Assembly (NCBI GenBank): GCA_005788145.1
Contig: SXYY01000057.1
Coordinates: forward strand, 1 to 41,257
Direction of reading: 5' to 3'
DNA: 41,257 bases
Origin: Bacteroidota bacterium
GTDB taxonomy: Bacteria > Bacteroidota > Bacteroidia > NS11-12g > UBA955
Each line of letters opens with the position of its first letter. Within the stretch, counting starts at the first letter, position 1. The translations under genes and the position numbers were made by a program. The notes under the pieces are model-generated. The model made no database searches. It worked only from the letters and a program-made list of their open reading frames with translations, and had not been told where the DNA came from. Of the stretch, positions 28,567 to 37,390 are shown in pieces.

Positions 28567-30561
28567 ATGAAAAGACTGATTTTATTGGGCTTGTGTTTGG
28601 GGTTGGGCAGCGGGGTGTTGTTGGCTCAGCGAAAGGCTGCGAAGAAGGCCGTGTCATCATCGACGGAAGCGTTGGTTGTAAGCAAGCCACAACCGGCATT
28701 GAAATCGTATTCGTTGGTTGCCAAGGATGAGTTTGGTACTGTGGGATTGAGTGGGGTGATGCAGCGCGCCGAAGGCGCGCGCATGGCGAAGGGCAAAGCC
28801 CTGAGCGCCGAGATGCAAACCCTGTTTGATTCGCTCCAAACACCCTTTGAAAAATCGGGGGGCCTGGCCACCGCTTCCTATACTGAGTGTGTGACTTGGT
28901 ACCGCAGATTGGCCAAAGCCTTCCCCGCCTATTGTGCACTTACCTCCATTGGTTTGGGCGATGCAGGCAAGGATATTTATGTTTTTAAGCTATTGGGTGA
29001 GCGAATGGGTAGGATGGATCGGCTGGGACAATCCGACGACGGAATTCCCGCGGGACCAAATCAGATGGCATCGCCCAAAGTGAAAATATTGATCAATAAC
29101 AACATTCACCCCGGTGAGCCGGAAGGTACCGATGCATCCATGTTCTTGGTGAGAGATTTGTTGTTTTTCGGCCAGTATTGGCAGCAAACGTTGCCCTATT
29201 TGGAACTGCATGTGGTTTGTCAGTACAATGTAGATGGCACACTCAACCGCAATGCCCATTCGCGTGCCAACCAAAACGGTCCAGTGGAATACGGTTTTCG
29301 GGGGAATGCCCAGAACCTCGACCTCAACCGCGATTTCATCAAAATGGACTCGCGCAATGCAAAAGCCCTGGTCGCGTTGATGGCTTCGGAAAAGTATCAT
29401 TTGTTTGTAGACAATCACACCAGCAACGGGGCCGATTATCAATATGTATTGACGTATTTTCATACACGTCCCGAAAAGTTGATGCCGGAAATTGTTCCGA
29501 ATTTGCTGCTGTTGGAGACCGGATTGAAGCATCAGTTGGCCCGTCAAGATTGGCCCACGGCACCTTATGTGGAGACCATCAAAACAGTGCCCGATAGCGG
29601 ACTTTTTGCTTTTTGGGAAAGCGGTCGGTATGCCACTGGGTTCGCGGCGTTACACAATACCATTGGGTACACTGTGGAAACGCATATGCTCAAGCCTTTT
29701 TCACAGCGGATGTTGGCCACTTTGGCCTTCATGGAGCAGTTTTTAACGGTATCCACGTCTGATTCATTGCGCGCTCAATTTGAGAAAAATCGGATGAAAG
29801 GATGGGTGCGTAGGGTGGCAGACCAGCCAATTCATTATTTGCCCATCGCCCATACGCTGGACTTGAAACAGTACGAAATGATTCCCTTCAAAGGGTTTGA
29901 GTTTGGATACAGGCCCAGCCAAATTACAGGGGCTGATCGGTTGGTTTATGATACCCGAAAATCTTGGGAAAAACCTGTGAAATATTACAATCATTATGTT
30001 CCTACCGACAGTGTTCGGGTGCCAAGGGCTTACATCATTCCATTTGCTTACGATGATGTGATTCAAAAACTCAAGCGCAATGGAATCGCAGTGAGCAATG
30101 TGCCCATGGATACATTGGTGAGTTTGCGAGTGAGTTACATCGTGGATTACAAAACCGTATCCCACCCCTATGAGAAACACTACCTACATCACAGTGTAAA
30201 AACCCGCGATACGGTGATGAAAGTGATGGTGAGGGCTGGCGATGTGGTGGCTGTGGTGAAGCCTGATAATGAGCGCTTCTTGACGGCTGTGTTGGAGCCC
30301 CGTGCGGCAGATTCCTATTTTGCGTGGAATTCGTTCGATGGAATCTTACAACAGAAAGAAGGCTACAGCGATTATGTCTTTGAGGACAAAGCGGCGGCGT
30401 GGTTGGAGGCCCATCCGGATAAATATGCCGAATTACAGCGCAAGAAAGCGCAGGATCCGGTGTTTGCAAAAGATGCTTGGGCGCAATTGAATTGGGTTTA
30501 CAAACAGACCGAACACTATGAACCTACGCACAACCTGTATCCGGTTTATCGGGTAGATTGA
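28567..30561 (+). CDS. Secreted M14 family zinc carboxypeptidase-like protein
   Basis: IHPGE, DLNRD, DNH and ETH motifs; signal peptide LLA|Q. Confidence 0.88.
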   Translation: MKRLILLGLCLGLGSGVLLAQRKAAKKAVSSSTEALVVSKPQPALKSYSLVAKDEFGTVGLSGVMQRAEGARMAKGKALSAEMQTLFDSLQTPFEKSGGLATASYTECVTWYRRLAKAFPAYCALTSIGLGDAGKDIYVFKLLGERMGRMDRLGQSDDGIPAGPNQMASPKVKILINNNIHPGEPEGTDASMFLVRDLLFFGQYWQQTLPYLELHVVCQYNVDGTLNRNAHSRANQNGPVEYGFRGNAQNLDLNRDFIKMDSRNAKALVALMASEKYHLFVDNHTSNGADYQYVLTYFHTRPEKLMPEIVPNLLLLETGLKHQLARQDWPTAPYVETIKTVPDSGLFAFWESGRYATGFAALHNTIGYTVETHMLKPFSQRMLATLAFMEQFLTVSTSDSLRAQFEKNRMKGWVRRVADQPIHYLPIAHTLDLKQYEMIPFKGFEFGYRPSQITGADRLVYDTRKSWEKPVKYYNHYVPTDSVRVPRAYIIPFAYDDVIQKLKRNGIAVSNVPMDTLVSLRVSYIVDYKTVSHPYEKHYLHHSVKTRDTVMKVMVRAGDVVAVVKPDNERFLTAVLEPRAADSYFAWNSFDGILQQKEGYSDYVFEDKAAAWLEAHPDKYAELQRKKAQDPVFAKDAWAQLNWVYKQTEHYEPTHNLYPVYRVD

Positions 30562-32006
30562 TTTTTATCGATGCGGTATTGAATGAAAGTGGCTGTGAGA
30601 ATGGCCGCACAAATCATGGGCAAAAGCCAAAAGGTTCGGGCGTTAAGCCTCGACAGGATGTTGGCCAAATTGGCTGTCAGGAAGGCATTGCAGAGTATGA
30701 AAAATACCGTAAATACCAACAGGGCAATGTGGTTGGGATTGGGGAATTTGCGTACCACGATCAGTGTGCCGATGATGAACAAGATTGCAATCAGGTCATA
30801 GAATTGATTGAAAGATCCAAAATTGATTTTGGCTTGTTGTTGGGCAGATTGACCAAAGAAACCCTGATGGTCTCTGGGGAAGTGTTTTTTCATTTCCACT
30901 GACACGGCACCTTGCGGATCCAAGGGTTCTAATCCATCGCCGGCATGCGTTTGAATCACCTGAAGGAGGGTGGCTTGGATGGCTGAAAGGATGTGCTTAC
31001 CCAGCAATGTGGGCGACGTGAAAGTAGCGCTGTAAATCTTGAGATAGAGTTCGCGGCTGTGGTGCCAGCCACCGGTGGGACCCAATAAGGGCTGTTCGTT
31101 CCAAACGAAGTCCCAAGCGTGTTTGGGCAGGTTGTTTTTGTGCTTGTAAAATACCGCGATCTCGGGGTGGGACTTAGCCAACGGGTTCTGTTCGATGGGA
31201 TTTTCATCGAGGTAGGCTTTGAGGATGCCGTTTTCGCAGAGTTTTCCGATGAGAAAGACATGGCTGCCTTTTGACGGGGTGGGTCCGTTGCCAGCCCAAA
31301 CGTTGAGGGTAAGCGTTATCAGCCATGGAATGAAGCTGATGGCAAAGAGTTGTTTGGTCTTTTGGGGTGAAAAATAGTGGCGGTGTTTTGGGAGGGTGAT
31401 GAAATGGACGCCCGCAGCGAACAACGTGAGCAAGGGCAGGTGGGAGTGGTGCATCAATGCGGCAACCAACAGTACGATGGCGGATAATGCTTTTACTCCC
31501 CGTGATTTTGTTGTCAAGAATACCATCGCATAGAGAAACAACAATGGGGTAAATACATCGGGCATTACCTGAAATATGAACCATGGTAGTGGGGTCAGCA
31601 GTGTAGCGACCGACATCGCGATTGCAATGATCCAGGCTGTGCGTTTGGTAAAGAAGGATTCAATCACGTAGACCGCGCCCAACATCAACAAGATGCAAGG
31701 AACAAGCAAAATCTCAAACAAGAATGGCGGCTGTAGGTGAATGCCCACATAAGAGAGCAAAGGGGCAATGCCAAAGTAATGTTTGCCGGCCCACAGGAAC
31801 AGTCCGTAGAAAACCGATCGATCCATGGGGATAGCTGCTGCCAATCCCTGTGTTTCTAAGTTGCTAATGGTTTGCAGGTAGGCCCCGGTATCTGTGGTGC
31901 AAAGTATACTTCCCTGTGTGATGAAGAACATGGGAAGAAACAGCAGGCACGCCGCGATGCGCAGCCCGTTGTCGTTGTTCTCCAATCTTCGGAGGAAGTT
32001 TTTCAT
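30546..32006 (-). CDS. Multi-pass membrane protein, possibly GT-C-fold
   Basis: About 10 or more TMs; first-loop D(TGAY), R.VFY and MPD; large soluble loop. Confidence 0.55.
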   Translation of the reverse strand: MKNFLRRLENNDNGLRIAACLLFLPMFFITQGSILCTTDTGAYLQTISNLETQGLAAAIPMDRSVFYGLFLWAGKHYFGIAPLLSYVGIHLQPPFLFEILLVPCILLMLGAVYVIESFFTKRTAWIIAIAMSVATLLTPLPWFIFQVMPDVFTPLLFLYAMVFLTTKSRGVKALSAIVLLVAALMHHSHLPLLTLFAAGVHFITLPKHRHYFSPQKTKQLFAISFIPWLITLTLNVWAGNGPTPSKGSHVFLIGKLCENGILKAYLDENPIEQNPLAKSHPEIAVFYKHKNNLPKHAWDFVWNEQPLLGPTGGWHHSRELYLKIYSATFTSPTLLGKHILSAIQATLLQVIQTHAGDGLEPLDPQGAVSVEMKKHFPRDHQGFFGQSAQQQAKINFGSFNQFYDLIAILFIIGTLIVVRKFPNPNHIALLVFTVFFILCNAFLTANLANILSRLNARTFWLLPMICAAILTATFIQYRIDKNQSTR

Positions 32007-32010
32007 GGTA

Positions 32011-32427
32011 TTATTCTCCGTAGTACTCTACGAAGTTGTTTTGGGTTTCCCAAAGCGTAATCTTTTGCAAGGCAACACCCGTTGGGAGCTTCGGACTCAG
32101 TCTCTGCCAAATTGCTACTGCTACGGTTTCGATGCTTGGCATTGTTCCAGCGAGCCAGGGTACATCCAGGTTGAGGTTTTGGTGATCCAAGTGGTCGATA
32201 ACTTCCTCCCGAATAATCACCTTCAGGACCTTCAAATCCATCACACAGCCTGTCTCGGGATCTGGTTGACCTTTCACACACACATACAAGTCGAAGTTGT
32301 GTCCATGATAATGGGGATTGGCACATTTTCCGAATGTGGTGTAGTTGCGCTCGTCGGTCCAATTGGGATTCCACAACCGATGTGCGGCATTAAAATGTTC
32401 TTTCCGTGTGAGGTAAAGGATGGGCAT
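32011..32427 (-). CDS. queD: 6-carboxytetrahydropterin / 6-pyruvoyl-tetrahydropterin synthase
   Basis: FNAAHRL, C.NP..HGHN, LDH.NLN and L.ET motifs; TAATTTTG box at 32445-32438. Confidence 0.88.
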   Translation of the reverse strand: MPILYLTRKEHFNAAHRLWNPNWTDERNYTTFGKCANPHYHGHNFDLYVCVKGQPDPETGCVMDLKVLKVIIREEVIDHLDHQNLNLDVPWLAGTMPSIETVAVAIWQRLSPKLPTGVALQKITLWETQNNFVEYYGE

Positions 32428-32442
32428 TGCTAGGATACAAAA

Positions 32443-32928
32443 TTACTGCCTTTTTTGGATTTCTTGCAGTTGAATGGTGTCGGGTTGGTCATATCTGATC
32501 ACAGCGCCATTGTTTGCATCGATCATCCAATTCCACGGAAGGATAAAATTGAGTGCACTGGCCTCGTTCCATCTCTTTTTAAAGCGATGAGTTGCGGGTT
32601 GATAACCAGTCTTTTCCAAGACCATAGCGAGGGTATCGGTCTGCAATCTTGGTACACGCACGAAGCATGGCGTAACGCAGTGGATGCCAGAATCCGTTGT
32701 GCGATTGATTTTTGGCAATGGGGTTGATACGGCTTTGGGTTCTACGGTATCACCGGGCGACATTGGAATAAACTCAGGTCCAAGGATGCGAAAAAAGTGT
32801 ACATCTGCCCCAGCGGGGGTAGATACAACGCGAATCACTTGCTGCTTGCCTGTAATCAGGGTTGCACAGGCTGTGAAGCCAAAGGCAATTGCGAAGACGG
32901 CGGCGATTATGCTTTGTTTCCGTACCAA
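32443..32928 (-). CDS. PEGA-like lipoprotein
   Basis: FTAC lipobox, CATLITG, S.P.GA, TPC, K.GY and ID..NGA motifs. Confidence 0.7.
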   Translation of the reverse strand: MVRKQSIIAAVFAIAFGFTACATLITGKQQVIRVVSTPAGADVHFFRILGPEFIPMSPGDTVEPKAVSTPLPKINRTTDSGIHCVTPCFVRVPRLQTDTLAMVLEKTGYQPATHRFKKRWNEASALNFILPWNWMIDANNGAVIRYDQPDTIQLQEIQKRQ

Positions 32929-34052
32929 GTGGCGAGTTGGTTCACCGTATATTGGATTTCGTCCAAGGTGTTGTGTTTTCCAAAACTGAAACGGATGGTG
33001 CTGCGATCGGTGCCAGGGTGGATGCTGTTAATTACATGGCTTCCACCGTCAGCGCCACTAGAACAAGCACTTCCTCCGCTGCAAGATATTCCAGCCAAAT
33101 CGAGTTGGAACAACAACATGCTGCTCATTTCATTGGGTGGCAAAGAGACACTTAATACGGTGTAAAGACTGAGTCCTTCTGGGTCACCATTGAACTGTAC
33201 ACCTGGAATTTGTTGGCGTAAAAGGTCCATCATGGCCCTTTTTAGCTGGGTGATGTGTTGTTTTTTTGCGTCGATGTCGCGGTAAGCAATTTCAAGGGCT
33301 TTGGCCAATCCTACGATACCAATTACGTTCTCGGTACCGCCGCGCATTTCGCGCTCTTGGGCACCGCCGGTAATTTGGGGAACGATTTTGTTCTTTTTGT
33401 TGATGTAGATAAATCCACAACCTTTGGGTCCGTTAAATTTATGTCCTGCACCCGCCAAAAAGTCGATGTGACCTTGGCTTAAATCAAAGGGGAAATGCCC
33501 CATGGTCTGCACGGTATCGCAATGGAAAATGCCATTGGCATTGTGCACCATTTCACCCACGGCTTGGATATCGATCATGTTGCCAATTTCGTTGTTGGCA
33601 TGCATCAAACTGACCAACGCATGGGGTTTTTGTTGCAGTAATTGTCCCAAATGTTGCATATCCACATGGCCTTTTTCATCGAGTTTGACGAAATCGAGGC
33701 CCACATGATGTTCATGGTGCAGTTCTTCTACGGTATGCAAAACGGCATGGTGTTCGATGGCCGAGGAAATGATATTCTGAATGCCCAATTTGGCAACCGA
33801 GCCACGCAGTGCGAGGTTGTCGGCTTCGGTTCCACCCGAAGTGAAGAAGATTTCACCAGGCGCGCAGTTCAGCAATTTCGCAACGGTGCCGCGGGCTTCT
33901 TCGATAATACCACGCACTTTTCTACCGTGCGCATGGGTTGAACTGGGGTTTCCGTAGTGCTCGCGCATCATTGGAACCATCGCTTCAATTACCTCGTCGG
34001 CCATCGGCGTGGTGGCTGCATTGTCGAGGTAAATTCTTTGGGCCGTTGTCAT
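32907..34052 (-). CDS. iscS: Cysteine desulfurase (IscS/NifS type)
   Basis: YLDNAATT, HKFNGPKG (PLP lysine) and SGGSACSS (catalytic Cys). Confidence 0.93.
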   Translation of the reverse strand: MTTAQRIYLDNAATTPMADEVIEAMVPMMREHYGNPSSTHAHGRKVRGIIEEARGTVAKLLNCAPGEIFFTSGGTEADNLALRGSVAKLGIQNIISSAIEHHAVLHTVEELHHEHHVGLDFVKLDEKGHVDMQHLGQLLQQKPHALVSLMHANNEIGNMIDIQAVGEMVHNANGIFHCDTVQTMGHFPFDLSQGHIDFLAGAGHKFNGPKGCGFIYINKKNKIVPQITGGAQEREMRGGTENVIGIVGLAKALEIAYRDIDAKKQHITQLKRAMMDLLRQQIPGVQFNGDPEGLSLYTVLSVSLPPNEMSSMLLFQLDLAGISCSGGSACSSGADGGSHVINSIHPGTDRSTIRFSFGKHNTLDEIQYTVNQLATWYGNKA

Positions 34053-34945
34053 ATTCTGTTGTTGATGTTCAAATATCCCAAGAATTTATAACATAGCTTG
34101 GCCATGGTAAATTCTGTGAGGATATCATTTTCTCTTGGCGCAATTTCAACGATGTCGAAACCCACCACTTGTTTTCTTTCTGCGATTCTGCGAAGCAACT
34201 TGCATCCTTGGATCCATGTGAGTCCGCCGGGCTCCGCTGTACCCACAGCGGGTGCTACCGAGGGGTCGAATCCGTCTGCGTCAATGGTCACATAAACCAC
34301 ATCGCCCAACTTGTCGATACAATCATCGATCCAAGCATCATTGTCCCACAAGTCATGGGCGTACCACGTATGTATGTTGTTCGATGATTTGATGAGTTGG
34401 CTTTCTTCGATGCACTGGGCACGGATACCCACTTGAACCAAATTCAATCCCATGTCGTGGATGCGGTGCATCACGCTGGCATGTGAATAGGGGTTGCCTT
34501 GGTAGGCTGCTCTCAAATCGCTGTGTGCGTCGATTTGTAAAACGCTGATATTGGGGTACTTTTCGGCGTAGGCCTGCATGTAACCGTAGGTTACGGTGTG
34601 TTCAGAGCCCAAAGAAACCACAAATTTGTTGAGGTTGAGGAGTTCGCGGGTTTGGTCGGTGATCAGCTTTACAGCCGCGGCATCGATGGCACCGGTGAAA
34701 TCGATGGGTTCTAGGGTTGCAATTCCGAAATTTTTGTATGCTTCACGATCGGTTTCTTCGTCGTAAAATTCCACGAAGTGACTGGCCTCTACCATGGCGG
34801 AAGGGCCTTTGTCCGATCCCATGAGGTAGGAGCTAGAGTATTCGTAAGGGGTTAATTGAACCACCACTTTGGCATTTTCCAAAGTTGCGAGTTCGGTTTC
34901 AGGGAAGGCCAAAAAGCCCTCTTCTGCCGACATCACTTTTTGCAT
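34049..34945 (-). CDS. speB: Agmatinase-family ureohydrolase
   Basis: GSEHT, DAHSD, DADGFD, EPGG and FDIVE: binuclear Mn ligands intact. Confidence 0.88.
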   Translation of the reverse strand: MQKVMSAEEGFLAFPETELATLENAKVVVQLTPYEYSSSYLMGSDKGPSAMVEASHFVEFYDEETDREAYKNFGIATLEPIDFTGAIDAAAVKLITDQTRELLNLNKFVVSLGSEHTVTYGYMQAYAEKYPNISVLQIDAHSDLRAAYQGNPYSHASVMHRIHDMGLNLVQVGIRAQCIEESQLIKSSNNIHTWYAHDLWDNDAWIDDCIDKLGDVVYVTIDADGFDPSVAPAVGTAEPGGLTWIQGCKLLRRIAERKQVVGFDIVEIAPRENDILTEFTMAKLCYKFLGYLNINNRI

Positions 34946-34955
34946 GGGCGCGGGG

Positions 34956-35516
34956 TTATTTTACGCGTTCAACATAGCTACCGGTGCGGGTATCCACCCT
35001 GATTTTTTCACCGGTATTCACAAACAATGGTACCATCACGTTCGCACCGGTTTCGGTGGTTGCGGGTTTGAGGGTGTTTGTGGCAGTATCGCCTTTCATG
35101 CCGGGCTCTGTGTAGGTGATTTCCACTACAGCGTGTGATGGCGGTTCCGCAGAAACGGGGGTTTCACCTTCAAAAGCAACCAGAACGGTATCGCCTTCTT
35201 TCATGAATTTGGCACCTTCTCCAAACATGAATTTTGCGATGGGCACTTGATCATAGGTTTCATTATCCATGCAGATGAATGCCTCACCTTCGGCGTACAA
35301 ATAGGCCAATTCCTTGGTCTCTACACGCACAATTTCAACCGATTCACCACTGCGGAAGCGGTTTTCAGCCAATTTGCCGTCTTTCACGCGACGCATTTTG
35401 CCTTGATAGAATGCACGCAAGTTTCCTGGGGTGCGGTGTTGCCATTCGATGACTTGAACGAGTTCGCCGTTGTAGCGCAGAAAATTTCCAACCGATACGT
35501 CTTGAGTAGTTGCCAT
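34956..35516 (-). CDS. efp: Elongation factor P with atypical loop PGNLR
   Basis: KOW plus two OB domains; GDTA, VPLF and YVER motifs; TATTTTTG box at 35538-35531. Confidence 0.96.
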   Translation of the reverse strand: MATTQDVSVGNFLRYNGELVQVIEWQHRTPGNLRAFYQGKMRRVKDGKLAENRFRSGESVEIVRVETKELAYLYAEGEAFICMDNETYDQVPIAKFMFGEGAKFMKEGDTVLVAFEGETPVSAEPPSHAVVEITYTEPGMKGDTATNTLKPATTETGANVMVPLFVNTGEKIRVDTRTGSYVERVK

Positions 35517-35600
35517 AAATTGAATTACTGCAAAAATACGACAATTTTCGCAAAGGGTTTAATTCACGGCCCGAGGCCACTAAAAGAGCGGGGTTTGGGA

Positions 35601-36350
35601 TTACAATAGCAGCGATTTTCCCCATCGGTGCATGCACCGCAAAATGAACAATCGGTGTTTGTAGGCAAACGGAGACGACATTCCGCAGCTGGTTGGACAA
35701 GGTAGAATACTGGCCAATTTGGCTGCTTGGGTCTTGGTGAGGTTGTTGCAAGGGGTGTTGAAGTAGAATTGCGATGCGGCTTCAATACCAAATACCGGGG
35801 CGATTTTCGCTTTCTCAGATTCGCTGCCCTCTGCTCTCAGGGTCTGGGCTTTCAGCAAAAGTTCTTCGCCAGGACCAAATTCAATGATGTTGAGATAGAC
35901 CTCCAAAATTCGCTCCTTTCCCCACAGCAGTTCGATCAAAGCGGTGAACCATACTTCGAGCCCTTTGCGCACCCAAGAACGCCCCTCCCACAGAAATACA
36001 TTTTTCGCAGTTTGTTGTGAAATGGTGCTCGCTCCCCGCACTTTTCCGCCGCTCATGTTGTGTTGAATGGCTTTTTGAATGGCTTTGAAATCAAATCCAT
36101 GGTGCTCCTTAAAGCGCTGGTCTTCGCCACAGATAACCGCTATTTTGATGTTGTTCCCGATGTTTTCATAATCCACCCAAGTTTGGTTGCAATCAACATC
36201 GTACAGACTACTTCTGTTGCTCATGAGTGCCGTTGTGGGCGGATTGATGAATCGGTAAGCGACCACCCAAAGCAGGGATATCGCGATAAAAGCCAACAGC
36301 AGTCGGAAAATCCATTTGATGACGCGGTAAAACAAAAAGAGGGTTATCAT
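35601..36350 (-). CDS. mtgA: Monofunctional peptidoglycan transglycosylase
   Basis: EDQRF..H.GFD, GASTISQQTAKN, RK..E and K.RILE.YLN; ATG overlaps the upstream TGA. Confidence 0.93.
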   Translation of the reverse strand: MITLFLFYRVIKWIFRLLLAFIAISLLWVVAYRFINPPTTALMSNRSSLYDVDCNQTWVDYENIGNNIKIAVICGEDQRFKEHHGFDFKAIQKAIQHNMSGGKVRGASTISQQTAKNVFLWEGRSWVRKGLEVWFTALIELLWGKERILEVYLNIIEFGPGEELLLKAQTLRAEGSESEKAKIAPVFGIEAASQFYFNTPCNNLTKTQAAKLASILPCPTSCGMSSPFAYKHRLFILRCMHRWGKSLLL

Positions 36351-37390
36351 CAGAATCCTTGTATGCCTTTCACGGTTGTATACTTCAACACGTTGCTCTT
36401 GTTGGGGTAAATGCGCTTGAAGGCACTCTGCACCATGAGGGTGGCCTCGTGGAATCCACACAAAATCAGTTTCAATTTGCCTGGATAGGTGTTGATGTCG
36501 CCAATGGCATAAATTCCGGGGACATTGGTGCTGTAGTCAAAGGTGTTTACCTCGATGGCCGCTTTGTCGATGTTCAAGCCCCAGTCGGCGATCGGACCCA
36601 ATTTGGGCGATAGGCCAAACAGCGGCAGAAAGTAATCGCACTCAACCCAATTGAGTTCTTCTGTACCATCGGTGGCGATTCCCACGGCGTTCAAATGATT
36701 GGATTCTGCATCGCCCTTGAGCTGCACCACTTCGCTGTTCACAATGAGTTGAATGTCTTTTTGTGCATCCATTTCCATGACCTTTTGAACCGAATCTGGG
36801 TGCCCACGAAACTGTGTTCTGCGGTGAATGATGGTGACTTCGGCCGCTACGTCTTTCAAGAAAATGGTCCAGTCGAGTGCAGAATCTCCACCGCCGGCGA
36901 TCACAACGCGTTTGTTTCGGAATTTTTCAGGGTCTTTGATGATGTAGTCCACGCCGCAATTTTCGAAGTTGGCCAAGTTTTCAATGGGGGGTTTGCGCGG
37001 TTCGAAGCAACCCAGCCCACCAGCTATGGCAATGTTTGGGGCGATGTGCACCGTGCCTTTGTCGGTGGTAACCTTGAATTTGTTGTCATCCATCGCCTCA
37101 ATGGATTCAGCGCGTTCTCCCAGCGTAAATCCGGGCTTAAAGGGCTCGGCCTGTTTCATCAGATTGTCGATCAAATCGCCAGCAAGAATGTCGGGGAATC
37201 CCGGAATGTCATAGATGGGCTTTTTGGGATAAATCTCTGTAAGCTGTCCGCCTGGCTGCGCCAAAGCATCAATCAAATGGCAGCGCAATTTGAGCAATCC
37301 GGCTTCAAAGACGGTGAACAATCCTACGGGACCTGCGCCGATGATGATGATGTCTGTTTCGATGGGTTGTTGGGATGACATGGTATACAT
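36350..37390 (-). CDS. TrxB-type ferredoxin--NADP+ reductase (YumC-like)
   Basis: GAGPVG, YP.KPIYDIPG, GGGDSALDW and GKLKLIL; no CxxC. Confidence 0.9.
   Translation of the reverse strand: MYTMSSQQPIETDIIIIGAGPVGLFTVFEAGLLKLRCHLIDALAQPGGQLTEIYPKKPIYDIPGFPDILAGDLIDNLMKQAEPFKPGFTLGERAESIEAMDDNKFKVTTDKGTVHIAPNIAIAGGLGCFEPRKPPIENLANFENCGVDYIIKDPEKFRNKRVVIAGGGDSALDWTIFLKDVAAEVTIIHRRTQFRGHPDSVQKVMEMDAQKDIQLIVNSEVVQLKGDAESNHLNAVGIATDGTEELNWVECDYFLPLFGLSPKLGPIADWGLNIDKAAIEVNTFDYSTNVPGIYAIGDINTYPGKLKLILCGFHEATLMVQSAFKRIYPNKSNVLKYTTVKGIQGF

Noticed and set aside
34956-35516. EfpL/YeiP paralog or EarP-type EF-P
   Set aside because: It retains PG before the tip and the GDTA motif of true EF-P; the Arg is not at the tip position
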